Origin: Marsupella aquatica | Lineage: Eukaryota > Plantae > Marchantiophyta | Assembly: GCA_973895155.1 (NCBI GenBank) | Contig: OZ316893.1 | Coordinates: 19,844,857-19,908,856 of the forward strand | DNA length: 64,000 nt | Reading direction: 5' to 3' | Shown: positions 35,210 through 48,500 of the stretch, one piece after another | How the letters are laid out: each line of letters begins with the position of its first letter | Position numbering within the stretch: position 1 is the stretch's first letter | The notes under the pieces: generated by a model | The model's input: the letters and a program-made list of their open reading frames with translations, nothing else | Told to the model about the DNA's origin: nothing | Database searches by the model: none | Translations under genes and position numbers: made by a program

Positions 35210-36580
35210 TCACACCCTTGCAGGTGAATGTAGACCAGGCGGAGGATAGGTTGTGACTTCTCCATAATCACCTTTGTTATCTTCTTCGTCGTCATCGAGG
35301 TGGTCTGATCGCGCATTAACAGTCAGCATAAGCGAAATCAAGAAGAATAGAGTTGCATCTAAGGCCAAAAATCCAGCTCCGCCAAAGAGACCAGCTTTGG
35401 CTGATGGACATTCCGTAAGTGATCCTGCGTGCATGTTCTTCTGACGATGGTGGAACTCAAGAATGGTAGCCCACATCAGCAATGCTTCAGCAACAAGGGT
35501 TATTATCCTGTACACATTGAAAGATACGCAATCCGTAAGATTTCAGCCAAGAAAAACTTCACAATCTAGAAGAATACTCACACGATGCACGATCATGAAA
35601 GCCAATTACTTTCACAAATCTGCTTTTGAACAACTTTATGTGCAACCAGAATTTAGTACATATGACTGATTGTGGCTTGAGAAATCCTACAGAAATGCTG
35701 AGGTACAAAGGAGGCAAGTTGATGCAAGGGACTACATACAAACACATTCGCAAGTTTCATCAAGCATCATATCTTGCAAATCTTTTACATACAAAGAAAG
35801 AAATTACTGCACGACCAATGTGATGACACTAGTGGGACTTAGAACCTTACTACTAATTCGCGAACTCCTGCTAGAGGGGTCAGGCTTCTAGAGTGAAGCC
35901 TCTAGACCGTAACTCTAAGGCCCCACCAAATGGAGAGCACAATAGGATGTATGGTAGGTCAAAATGATCATGCATGCTGATTTTTGTTATCACTCTTTTG
36001 CCATTCAAAGAAGGGCATTCAGGCTCGTTACTTACAGTGACAGAATTGTGAACACCACAAGGCTGGTGCTTCTCCATAGAATTGATGGTGAGACTGTCTT
36101 CCCATGGTAAGGATAGAAGAAAGCACCGAAGGACAAAATGGCGGATATGAAAAGGAAAACTATAGATAAGATACCGAGAGCAAGTGCAGGATCGTAGGGG
36201 TAGTGGCACGTGGTCATATTTGCTACCGGGTCATAAAATAGGCGTGGAGCGTCTGTGGGGTCTCGTGCCTGCAAATAAACAAACATTTACCAGTAAGACA
36301 TTCTGTGCAGACGACAGAGAAGTTATACAGACAGAAACGTCCTCATATAGTGGCTCTCTACGGTAACATTCAACACAACTGAAGAACATATCCAATCATT
36401 GCCAACACTGGATATTTGGCAGTGTTATAAAGAGAGAAGAAATTACGGATAATTCCATGAAGGACAGGAGTCTTTGTACGTTACCTTCTTGTTCTCGGCC
36501 AACACTGCAAAAATAAACGAAAGTAGTCCCGGGATCGCAAGTACTATAGCGGCTGTTCCAGGTCGAGCTCGGAGAGCCAT
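35210..36580 (-). CDS. DUF1218-family multi-pass membrane protein, 3 exons, ~208 aa
   Basis: Exons 36580-36485, 36268-36036 and 35507-35210 with GT-AG borders and matching phases (0, 2). Motifs FIFAVLAENKK, CHYPYDPALALG, YPYHGK and CPSAKAGLFGGAGFLALD are typical of plant DUF1218. Confidence 0.92.
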
Positions 36581-38656
36581 CTTGATCAACTTACTGCCAA
36601 AAGTTAGAAATGTTCGTAAGCATCAGTCTCTTCTATAGCTATCCACGAGATGCTAGTATGAATCCGACCTCTTGAACCATTTCCTGTAAATACGAGTCTC
36701 TAGGTCCGACCTCTTGACCATAGCGCTACAATTTCTTACGACGGAATTCGGCTTCCGGTGCAATTTCCATTGCACAGTAAGAGGTCAATGTTCAACAGTT
36801 TGTCGAAGGAAGCAGCAAAATCAAACAATGCTTCCAACCCACCAGAAATTTACCGAAAGTAACGATTGATACCCGTACCAAGGATGGGGGCCACTAGGCC
36901 GGAATCCTCTCTCATCCTGAACGAGAGACTGCTACAAACACTTAAGATGACTAAAAGCGGGACCTAGATGCTTTCGTCCGAAGAGGTGGAATAATTAGCA
37001 CCGACTTGACAGTCATAAACATTGGAACGCACGAAAAGATTTCAACACGTGCACGTATAATGAACGAGCCTGTGTGTCATATAACCGTGTCGTGCTTTGC
37101 ACCTGAAGAGACCATTGGTGGTCCACCATATGTGCCACACAACGACATAGCTGACTAGCTCGGAACGGACAGAAAGGGTGGGAGGACATTCTTACGGCCG
37201 GATTAAGAACATTGGAAGTAAGGCGAGTAAGGGAATGCACAATTGAAGGGTAAGTGCAACAGGCAAAAAACCACTACTTTCTCGTTCTCTCTCTCCAAAC
37301 AATTCTTACTCTTCCAGCAAGCGCTCGGGCAGTATATTCAAGAGTACTGAATATATCTTCCACGACCTTGTTGGTCTATCGTAGGGAGTGATCCGTGCAC
37401 AATGTTATGGCCGGCAGGAACCTGAGATACGTTTGTCATCTTCTTTCTCAAGCACTTACCAACCCTAACCCACGAACCATGGAGGGTTCTGCAAGCAGAG
37501 AAGGAAATTCATCCCCAGTGACAGTCCGTGGACCCAGAGGGGGAGAGAAGCGAAACCGAATCGAAATGATTGCCATGTTAGAGTAATCGCAGACGTACGG
37601 AATACACGAACCAACGAGCAGACCACATTTACCAGACCAAGAAAAACACACGCTGTTAACAGATCAATATGAAGCCTCTCACAGACAGTACAGTACTGAA
37701 TCACAATCCTTCCACACTCACCCAAAGACAGCACCTTTCTCCCTCTGTCAAGCACAGATCTGAAAAACACAGCGCAGCGTAAGGTGCAGCAGCCTTTACC
37801 GGAAACGAAAGTAGACGTGAAAGGAACACACCCCGCCTGTTGTGTTCTGTGCACCTCCGCTCCTGTTCCCTCACTGCAGTCACCCAATTCCAGGAAATCA
37901 GTAACACCGAACGAACGAGCAGACACATGAGAGAATCAATCAATGAGCAACGAGAACGACCGGGAGGCCGCAAACCCATCGAGACCGACCGACCGACCGA
38001 CCTGGCTCGCAAATCCAACTCGAATATGTCTCCCAAATGTGGTTCCGAGACAGAAAGGCGAACATCAAGCGATCGATTGTCCACCAAACGACTGACAGAA
38101 TAATAGACCAATAATTCAAGACCGAAAGAGCAGCAGCAGCAGCAGCAGCAGGGGCAAACACCAGCATTACTCTGGCAGCCTCACCATCATCCTATCGACG
38201 AGAAGCGCACAATCATACCTCGCGTTGTGCTGCAGCAAAGCTATCGGCAGAGCAAGCAACCGATGCTCCGCGCTCAACACCGCAGTTGCGCTGCTGTAGC
38301 TTACAGCCGAGGAAACAAGTCGAGCTTTCGATCATTCTTTGCGCGACCGCTCCCCATAAACGTGAATTGGCGGCCTCCCCAGTGCCACTCTCGAATTCTT
38401 CGTTCTCGAGTTCGTGCCAGGCCAGGCATGCCAACCAAACCAAACCAATAATAATAGTCTCCCTCGTCGTCTCGTGTGGTTTCCGTCTCGTCAGATTTCT
38501 TTCCGTGCTTTTCCCGACTGTGGCATCACCGCGAACAGGCAATGATTATTGTCAACTACTCCGTGATTAACTAAACCACAGGTGCCACTTCAGTAAATAT
38601 TGATAAAACCCATATTGAAAATGAAGCTCGTATTTACCTCTAGGTTTGTCAAGACG

Positions 38657-39368
38657 CTCCCATGGAATTTTGCAACTTGGATGGACTGCATTTTACTACT
38701 CACATGTCTCAAAATACTTCCACAGAATTTTGCAACTTGGATGGACTGCATTTTACTCACAATGTCTCAAAATGCTCCCATGGAATTTTGCAAGCCTATA
38801 TGGTGAATGCACATTTCAGATTTTGTTTTATTCAGATTTTTGTGTCATGTATTTTCATTTCAATCTGCCTTATCAAGGGGCAATCTTTGTATTCTATACA
38901 TTTTTAATTAATTTTTAGACCCCTTTAGTTTTAGGTATTCCAGAGTGTTTTGAACTTATTTTGGCAGCCCCCTTTCACATATGTGTTTTCTTAAAGATGA
39001 AACCAAAGGCTCCACCACCACGAGTGAGAGAAATGATGCTGAAGAACATTAATGCATAGCCTCTTAAGTTCTCCTCATGTTTTTCTTTCCTAAGTTTATG
39101 GTTTTTATTGAAAGGAGTGTCATTCATAAGGCACCCTGAGTTAAGTGCACACATCGTAGCATCGTTTGACTGTACCTTTTCTTGGTCACTGTGTTTTTCT
39201 TGGCAGACACTTTACTTATATAACAGCACTTATATGCTCTCAATTCTATTTACTCTCAGATCACTACAAGACAAAAAAATTAAGCATGTTCCAGGATGAG
39301 CATGCTATATCTCAAAATGCTCCCATGGAATTTTGCAACTCGGATGGACTGCAATTTACTTACAATGT
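38657..39368. repeat. ~57-60-bp repeat: three tandem copies plus one distal copy
   Basis: CTCCCATGGAATTTTGCAACTTGGATGGACTGCA units at ~38657, 38717, 38776 and 39320. Confidence 0.8.
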
Positions 39369-40758
39369 CACAGAGAATATTCCTAATTAGTCCATCTAGA
39401 TTATGTGGTTTCTGTCTAGGGTCCATGGGAGCATTGTATTCCCCATAAATTACATTGTCACTTTTTTGCTGACCAACTTGAGTGCCCTTTCAAAGAATGG
39501 AAGTACTGTAGAGATGAGTACATTCAAGCCTCCTGTGCCATTTTAGGAGATTCGCCTTGCCCCCAATCACATTTTCTACCTCTGCTCACAATATCAATTA
39601 TGCATGTGCCCAATCCTATTTTCCACTACCACCCCTAATTTCAATTATGCATGCCGAGTCAAGATCTACAAATTTCACTAGACCATAGGCCCTGGAGAGT
39701 AGCTTTCTAAAAGTACTATGCAGTAAAACTAATATATATTTTGCCTCCATTTTCTGTTTCAATTAGTTTGTGGTTAACAAGCAAAATATATACTTTGCCA
39801 CCATTTTCTACTTCAATTAGTTTGTGGTTCACAAGCAAAATAACTCTGGTTAGCTTGGAATGATATCAAATTTCATCATGGAACGGTAGTGACCATGCTC
39901 AACACCCTCTCATACTCAACAAGGAGGGGGCAGAGCAAGTTGGGGCCTGAGCAAAGTAGGTGCCCCAACCCTAAGTCAATGGTTCGAAAGGGTGATGTGT
40001 TTAGGCTGTAGAGGACACAGACTACCATCCAATGGTAACCTAGATGTATGTTTACTCTTGGATTGTTTCAACCTAGCAAGATTCACTTTGTGAGCCAGCA
40101 GTAAAAGAAGATGGCAACATAGTAATTAAACAAAAAAAGAGTGGCAAATTATGTATTTTGACAGCACACAGTGTTCTAGTGAATGGGTTGGACCTACTTT
40201 TTGCATTTTAGTTACTGGTCAGTAAACACGCAGGTACAATGAAAGTTGCTGGAAAGTGGAAAGTTTCATAGCAATCCATTTTGGTTGCATAGCAATGAAT
40301 TTTAAAGAGTTTCTTTCCTTTTAATTTCTCCATTACTATGCAACCAAACTGGACGGTATTGGGCTTCTTACACAAGACTTGGAAAGAGATCTCAAAGAGC
40401 CTAGTATTGCCAACTTTTAGCAAAAACTGAAAGAGCTATGAATTTCTTGAGAGTACTCTCGTTTTTATTTGCTGCATTTCACTCTCCAGGGTAAATATGT
40501 TTCATCTCAACTAAATAAAAAACAGGAGGTCCATGAGTTGTGCGAGTCTATGGGGGAAGTAATTGTTTTGCTTTCCAAATTCAACAAGTAATTAGAAAAA
40601 ATCTGGAGTCTAGGTAAGTGCACATACAATATGACATATTTTGTGTATGAAAATCATTCCATACCATGATAAAATTCCTTAATTTTCATTAATCAATGAG
40701 TGCATATCTATATTATCACATTTTAATGGTTGATTATTGGCTGGCAGGTGAAATACTG

Positions 40759-40945
40759 CACTACCAAAAAAGTTACAGAAACTTAACTGACACCGCTACA
40801 GTCGTCATGTACTGTAACCATTTTTCAATTTATACAGTTTAACAGCTGACCGTCAACGCACCCATCCAGTACACATTACAGTACTTTACAGGATCTGCGA
40901 TGACTTCTTCCAATACTGTAGCGTTACACCACTACAAGAAAGTAA
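40759..40945 (+). mobile_element. Two consecutive CACTA-type left termini
   Basis: CACTACCAAAAAA at 40759 is followed by TACAG/CAGTAC subterminal repeats, then canonical CACTACAAGAAA at 40930. No matching right end was seen downstream. Confidence 0.55.
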
Positions 40946-41482
40946 CTCTCCCTTCCCGTCCAGATCGGCGGTTCAGAAGGCGTCTCATAAGAAAATAGCG
41001 AATCTGGGCCGTCGAACTGGAATCATTGACTACATTTATCCATTCAACAACACCATCACGACTGGGGACGAAATTAATATCACAAGTGCGCGACCTTCTG
41101 TGGGGTTTGAAGATTCCGATCCACTTTTCTGTTTGCCGGCTTGCGAGTCGCCGGCGATGACGCGAAATGAGTATCTGATTGGCTGAAACATTTATGCAGC
41201 CATGCAGGAAAGAATCGAAGGTCCCTGTGGTCCGAGGAAGCGATCGCGTCAGGAGAGCCGTGGATTGTTTCCCGGGTAGGTACAGAGGTTGAAGACCGAT
41301 CCGGCGAAAGTCGCTGAAGTGAAGAAGACGGAAGGTCCTGGATTCCAGGAATCCCGCCACATGCGCCGGCCGGACCCACGTGCAGCGGCGATGCACTTTT
41401 ACCGTTTCCATTCCCGTATCCAGCCAGTACAGGAACTTCTAATTTTCGTCTCGCCTTGTAGATTTTTATTTCCCGGTTTTTT

Positions 41483-42880
41483 TTGTTCTTAGTTTTTTGG
41501 AGCTTGCATTTGAGTTTACTTTCGTCTCTCATGGAGGTCGAGGTTCCCTCCTATTTCAGGTCCCTCCCATTTCAGGTTCATTTGTGCACGGCGCGGTCAT
41601 CATTACCCGATCCTGTTCGAGTTGCATTACCTTCATTCCAGGAGTTTTTATCCTTGGACCCCATCCGTCTTCAGGCAGACCTTGCTGGGCGTATGCACGC
41701 TTTCACCCTCTCCAGCATCCTCACCGAGGCACCTGACACGGACCGAACTCGGATTCTTTCTTCCGAAGGGAAGGGCGCAGGAGGCTGGCTTCAGGTCAAT
41801 CCAATCATTCCTCACCTGCGGATGTCTTCAGCGGAGTTTGCGACAGCCATGCGTCTTCGTATGGGCTTGCCCCACCCACTTCTTGCTGGTTTACCTCCTA
41901 CTTGCACTTGTGGGAAGCCTTGTGATGCCACAGGTGTCCATCTTTTTCGATGCAGTTTGGGCGGTGAAATCATTTTTGTTCACGACACTGTGAGAGATGC
42001 GACTGCTCAGGTTCTCTCTGGCTCTTTGGTTTGCGCGCGGCGGGAGGTGGTGCTCGAGTTACCTGGTCCTCCATCACAGCGGTTACGGGTGGATCTTACC
42101 ATGGTCCGTGAAGGTCACCGTACTTTGGCAAATGTAGTGGTGGCAAACCCATTGCGCCAAGACATCATTGGGACAGCGGCAACAACGGCAGGGGCAGTAG
42201 CATCACGAGCAGCAACAACGAAGGAGGCCAAATATGCTGCACGAGCTTCATCTGATAGCTTCCTGCCCCTTGCTCTTGAGATATTTGGGCGTCTCCATCA
42301 TCAGTTCGACGGGTTTCTTCGCCAAGCTGCTCGGGATGTTCACAACCGGATGGGTCCCACCGGGCCCCCGCTATCTGTTTTGACCACGCACTTTCGCCAA
42401 TGCATTTCAGTCACCTTACAGCGTGCTCAAGCTCGGGCCGTCTATCGTCGATCTCTGACAGTGGGTGCTAGTGTGACTCCGCAGCGGCTAGCCCCCCTAG
42501 AGGACATTCCTGTCCCACTTGCCGATCTAGTTTCGACACTTGATGTAGACCACTAGCTTGTTGCCACATTTGCTAGGTATGATGAAGACCTCGGTCCATT
42601 TGCGGTAGTTTTAGTTCCTCTTTCTTGGTTTTTAGGGGTTTCCTTTTGCTCATTTCTTTTAGTTTCTCTTTCTTGGTTTTTAGGGTTTCCTTTTGCTCAC
42701 TTCTTTTGCGTTTGGTTTTGTCCACTTGGGACCTCTCTTGTTTATTCTTTTGTACTCTATTTGGCCTTTTTCTGTAAAAAGTATGTGTATATTTTTGTAC
42801 TTGAGTTTGGTTTTGCCCCTTCCTTTGGAGTTCGGTTTGTCGTCTATACCGTTCTTGGTTCTATTTAATGTCATCTGTAA
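41483..42880 (+). mobile_element. 5'-truncated CRE-clade non-LTR retrotransposon
   Basis: Post-RT region, CCHC knuckle and restriction-like endonuclease ORF, followed by a T-rich 3' UTR containing a small internal duplication. A second copy of the 3' end lies at 27415. The 3' boundary is approximate. Confidence 0.85.
41531..42556 (+). CDS. CRE-clade retrotransposon C-terminal ORF (zinc knuckle + restriction-like endonuclease, no RT domain)
   Basis: Uninterrupted 341 aa from ATG 41531 containing GAGGWL..P, F..AMRLRMGLP, CTCG..CD..G.HL..C, HD, RVD, KEAKY, FLPLALEIFG and SVTLQRAQA. An in-frame stop at 41459-41461 lies upstream. Confidence 0.75.
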   Translation: MEVEVPSYFRSLPFQVHLCTARSSLPDPVRVALPSFQEFLSLDPIRLQADLAGRMHAFTLSSILTEAPDTDRTRILSSEGKGAGGWLQVNPIIPHLRMSSAEFATAMRLRMGLPHPLLAGLPPTCTCGKPCDATGVHLFRCSLGGEIIFVHDTVRDATAQVLSGSLVCARREVVLELPGPPSQRLRVDLTMVREGHRTLANVVVANPLRQDIIGTAATTAGAVASRAATTKEAKYAARASSDSFLPLALEIFGRLHHQFDGFLRQAARDVHNRMGPTGPPLSVLTTHFRQCISVTLQRAQARAVYRRSLTVGASVTPQRLAPLEDIPVPLADLVSTLDVDH

Positions 42881-42972
42881 TTTTTCTCTTTCAAATTTTC
42901 ACAACATTATAGAGTCTCAATATAAAAACAGCCAATGAATATATTCAAATTTGTGAAAATAAAATATTTTGG

Positions 42973-43805
42973 GACCCCACTAGAGGTCTCTTCCAAAATT
43001 CCTGGCACCACAGCGTGCCACGTCAACAACAACCGCAACAACAAGACTCGTCGGTTTTGTGAATCAAACTTATAGTTTTCATTTGTGTTTGTGTCAATTT
43101 GGGTGTAAATTTTGGGACACCGTGCCGTAAAAAGAAAAGTAAAAACATTGAAAATGCAAAGAGCAAGACAATTAAAACTGTCACTATGTGACCGTTTTAG
43201 TTACATTTCCAATTTTAAAACTTAAATTCAAAGATTTATAAAAAATATTTATCATATAATAAATAATGACTAATAACTAACTTGATAACTTCCTTGTTAA
43301 ACCGCAACTCCCGGTATGTAAGGTCCTCTCGTATTGTACGGTCATTAATGCTGGGAAGAGCACATAGAAACCCAGGATCTGGGAGGAGGAATGGTTGGAA
43401 TCTTGAAAGTTCATCGAATTTTATACTCAAAACTATTTACTCATTCTCAAAACAAAAAATACCCAGTCGTAGATCTCATTGAGATCTTTCTTTTGCACCC
43501 TAGATCGCCTTCTAACATGGATGAATAAGATTTCTAGAGGCATTACAAAATGGACAGCAAAGATCGTAAAATCAACAAAATCGATGGCTATGAAGGCTTG
43601 GATTTGTTTAATTTTTCATTTGAAAAATATTAACCCATTTGCAAAACGGACATAACCCATCCATAGATCTATTTGAGATCTTTCTTTTGAGCCATAGATT
43701 GGCCATTATGATGGATGGATGAGATTTCCGGAGATAAGAAATGGAGACAGCTCAGATCGACTCTTCCCCCTGATTTTATTAGCCAAGGGGTCCACGAACT
43801 AATTT
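42973..43805. repeat. 833-bp dispersed repeat, copy 1 (downstream of cpFtsY)
   Basis: Colinear with 50002-50834, roughly 95% identical by eye, mostly transitions. Contains an internal diverged duplication (TAGATCT..TTGAGATCTTTCTTTTG) at ~43470 and ~43664. Confidence 0.92.
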
Positions 43806-45575
43806 GGGATTTAAGTGTATTAAACTTACTGTTATCGGAGCAAGATGGATGATAGTAGCCCCTCAAAAGTCAAGTTGAAACTCTAGTTTCTCAAAACACA
43901 ACCCTGTAAAAGGACTTTAAGGTACACACAACACTTTTTCTTGTTTGCTATGCAAGCAAACTTGGCAGTGTGTTCATTTAAAAAAATGTTTAGTTGGCAT
44001 CAACCAGGTTCTTTTTTTTTGGCAGCAATTTGCAAAACTCCACTACCTTAAAAAGTTATCACCACATTAGGCGGAATTTGTGACTTTTCTTGTTCTTGGA
44101 TTAGCACGTTGCACACCTAATTACAGACCCCAGTGGCCAGAATCTGATGCTGATCTTTAAGTCTAGAGAGATCTAACATCAGATATTGATCAAAGTGTAG
44201 AGAAATTTTCTAGCATTTCTCTTTCAGAGAAGGAAGTTAGCCTCGATGATAAAAAAAGAAAAATATTAAAAATGACCTTGGCATCAACTATTCTACCAAA
44301 ATGGCAAAAGTACATTGCACAACCTCCGTTTCTTCCTCTTGCCTTCGCAATGCTCCAACAAATGGTAGTTCTTTACTTAAAAACATTTTTACTAGATTGT
44401 CACTGCTTTGTCGGATGTCATGATTTGCAAACATTTGTAGGTTAGTCATTAAAGTACCACATTTTTTTTTACAGGATGAGTGATTTAACCTTGGTTAATC
44501 ACAAGCGACCTTATGACCCTCAGATTGTCATGTAGTATAATTTTACAGTCTCCACTACCCTTGCGTCAGATTATACACCTCCACTATTGGTCTGCTAGTG
44601 CAAATTCCACGCCCATCCTCGCCTCCCTATTTTTCAAGTGCCATCACCCACCCTCATGGCAGGAGGTCCAACAGCAACAGCAATGAGAACTATGAGATTC
44701 TCCAATGTGGTGATCTACAGACTCTAAAACATTCTATAGTTAACAAAATTAAGTAAAAAAGAGTGACATTAAAGTGATTAGTCTTAAGAAGATGGCTGAT
44801 ATCTGACAACATGAAGGTGGCAATCTAGAAATACCTGATCTTCAAAAATGTTTTTTGGTTCATGAACTATTTCAAAAACATTCAGAAGGGACATAGAAGA
44901 AATTTGAGTAATATTCCCTCGTTGATAGGACATTTCTAATCTAAAACTAGCTTTCTATCTTAGAGTGGTTGTTCCAATAGCGTCTTCTACCTCTTGTGAT
45001 GGGGCACCCGAGCAATCACAAAGTTGTTCCCCCAATCCAAAACTCTATTCTCAAACACTAAGCAGATTCCAAACCGAAATATGGGTTGCCTTTGAGAAAC
45101 GTGCCACAAACTTGCAAATGCCATTTAACAAAGCTCATCACCGAACCCATTGCAATTTGACTACTATTGGCTGCAACAGAGCAACAATGTGTACAAGAGA
45201 GCGCAAGATGCACAAAACTGAAGCTATCAGAATAGCTAACTCCTACCCAGTTCACCACAAGCAAATTTTACTACCTCAGAACAAATGGTCCCTAAACCAG
45301 TGCTTTCATGCCCGAGTGAAAATGCCCCTGTTATAGATTCCCAGAGTCAAGGGAGAAAAGGATGCAATGACCATACAACTGATGATTCAGTCCTAAAGCA
45401 AAGGGCATAATATGGAATACAACCAGCCTGGTCTCACATTGTAGAAACAGGAGACGCATCGCTGCCAAGAAAGGATGTATAAACCCACATACTGATTTCT
45501 TCAGAGGGCTTCACATGAAGCTCGAGATACACAGCAAATTCCAGCCAGGATCCTCTATTGCACCTAAAATAAGGC

Positions 45576-48500
45576 CTAAGGGAAGAGAGCGTTTACAAAG
45601 GCCTCTGCGTCGAACGGTTGTAGATCTTCCAGCTTTTCTCCCACGCCAACAAATTTTACTGGAATTCCCAGTTCATCCACGACACTCACCTGACAAGCAG
45701 CCCCAAGAGCAAAATCATGTTTTTTGGAGTTTCGGGTTTTAGGTTCTAATTTTGCACAATATGTAATGTGATTAAGTATCATTACTGTCACACAAATTCC
45801 TGGTCAGCAATATTTACGCCAGGTCCATCAAACGGACCTGCAATGTACAGAGTTTAACATCTCTCAGCAGCTGCGAATTGAGGAAAAGAGAGATGCATCT
45901 TCTGGTAGTACCATAAACACTATTTTGAGGATGACACGTACCACACAACCCCCTCTTGAAGTTCCATCGAGCTTCGTGACAATAAATCCCGTAACGCCGG
46001 CTACCTGATGATAGAGAGAAATCAGAAAATGAACTCAAGACCCTATGTAGCTGTCTCCTCAACCGAAGGTTGCAGTCACAAAACGCAGGGAGTTCCAGGA
46101 ATTCTTTATGTTGCTAACCACTCATCTGGAGCAATTGAAACCGTCTACAGACGTGGAAGGAGGCTCCGGAGATAGTTACAGCTTGGAAGGAACTCTAATT
46201 GACTCTCTCTGCAACCGATCCAGGGAAAATCCAAGGAAATTCTACAGCCAGAGTAATACTTACAACCCAATGCAAGGACTCTAATGATGTGCACTTTGTA
46301 AGACTGCAGACGGAACTGTGACGGGAAGGCGGCAGAAGGTTTCCGATTTAAAGCATTTATCAGAACAGCCAGATTTGGCGAAAAGTTTAGAATGTTGAAC
46401 ATGGGCGGCTAACTACCGTTGTTAGAGAGAATCAAACATCGGTTGAAGAATGAGGTCAAGGTCCGGAGGAATCCTTTCCAGATGACGAACATAGTGACGT
46501 GAAAACTCTCTAGTGTCGAGAAGGGAAATATTCCAACAGAGCAGGCCTACATAATTTTCTATCGGCCCGAAAAAATATTTTAGTTCTTCTGTGTCCATAT
46601 GAGATATCCATTTCTGATTTAATCGATATTGCTTCCAGAACATAACCCACCTGGTTAAACTCCCTAGCCTGTGGGAGCATATTGAGGCCAGTTGTACCAT
46701 CCAACACCATCAAAACCTCCTGAAGCAAGGACCAGAAACCCATTACTAAAGCGGAAACTGATTCAGGAAAGCCACATCAATGTTCTATAAAGTCAAAGGC
46801 ATGCCAGTCACGAACTTGTTCCATGGGCCAACTCGACTCAAACATACATTTGGGGCACTGGGTAGGACTTTTGAAATTGCACGCTTGCAATTACGGAGTT
46901 CTTCCATCAAGTTAAAATTGTTGTGAAGTCCTGCACGTCATATACCAAATATTTAATGCAAAGTGTTACCTCTATCAAGTGATTACATTGCATAAAACAT
47001 GCAGACTTTCCAGCATGGCTTGCTCACCAATATGGCAAAAGGTGAGCAAGAATTTCGAAGCTCAACTCTGAGACTTATAAATTAGTACTTACTTCCAGAT
47101 GTATCCGCCAATAATACGTCATAGCCCTCTTCAACTGCCCGCTTTGTAGCTTGCGCCAACACTGCACATCGGGAGAAGGGGAGGTGATGATCATTCTTGC
47201 TAAAACAAGTTTGAATAATTAGTTAGACAATTTTCAGACCGAAGCTACAGGTCAGTAAAATCCTTCCCGAGTTTCACCAGACCAGCAAACACTCGGTTAT
47301 CCTATTTGCTCCATCAAGGACAGATAATGTCCTTGGTGTATAAGTTCCTCTGATAGTAATTAAATTATCAGACCACATTCAGAAACGTCCGGAAATGATT
47401 CATCGGGGTAACAAAATCCAAGTGTACCAATTTAAAATAAGCATACCCGCAGCGGGCCTCTTTCTCTCTCCTTCTCCCATCTCGATGTCTGAACTTGTCC
47501 TATTCGCCCATATTTCTAGTTGTTCACGGGCTGCTGCTCGGAATGTGTCACCTGCTGCCATCAACACCTGCGATTGCATAATTAGTTCCTGTGAGGACTG
47601 TGATGTTATCATTTACGATATTTACCTCAACGGCTGCCCTTGCAGAGAGCTTGTTCTTAATGAAGAGTTTCAATGAGAGAAGAGCCTTGCGGCCAGATTG
47701 AGAAATACCTTTGTGTCTTCCACCTTCTTGAACCTGTGTGCCAACTTCCCTGCAAATCTGGAAAAATCATTATGAATGCTCCAGAGACCCCACCAGTGTA
47801 GAAAGCGACATCAGACTTTGTAAAAAGGAGCTGGAGTGACAATATCCATTTCAGACCAAAAAACAATTCTACGAACATTAGATTAATAGTAACTGACAAA
47901 TATTTGATTCAGTATGTAACGGCACAAAATAATAGAAATTATTTCCCAACCTAGATATAAGATTATAGGAACCTTCAGTAATCAATGGAGAAGTATGTAC
48001 TTAGCAGACAAATCTTTTGCATGTCTCAACTTGTTCAAAAGTGTGCAAGAGAAGGATACCTATAGTAGTAGTTTTCCCACCACCATTCACACCCACGATC
48101 ATAATCACAGCTGGTCGACTGCGGCCCAGCCAAATATTTAACGAAGCATTAGAAAATGTGAGAACTCCTTCATAATAAACCCCGCACTCACGTTTTCTGT
48201 AAAATTGACATTATCGTTTAAATATTTATTTTTCAGGCCTGGTGGAGGTTCCTGGTCTGGGGCTCACCTTGTGCCAAGTTGTAAGTCCGTGCTCGAAATC
48301 TTCTGTGTCAGAAGTTTGACAATGCTTGCTTTCAATGCACTCTGCAATTGACAGACTTATTTCGATTACTCTGTTTGCTCCTCTTCCTTACAATTTTCTT
48401 TATATGATATCAATAATTGAGAAAGCTACTCACATCCTGGAGAGAACACCCCATAAAGTTTATGAAGACGGGTACCAAGACTTATCTCAAACTGCAAATC

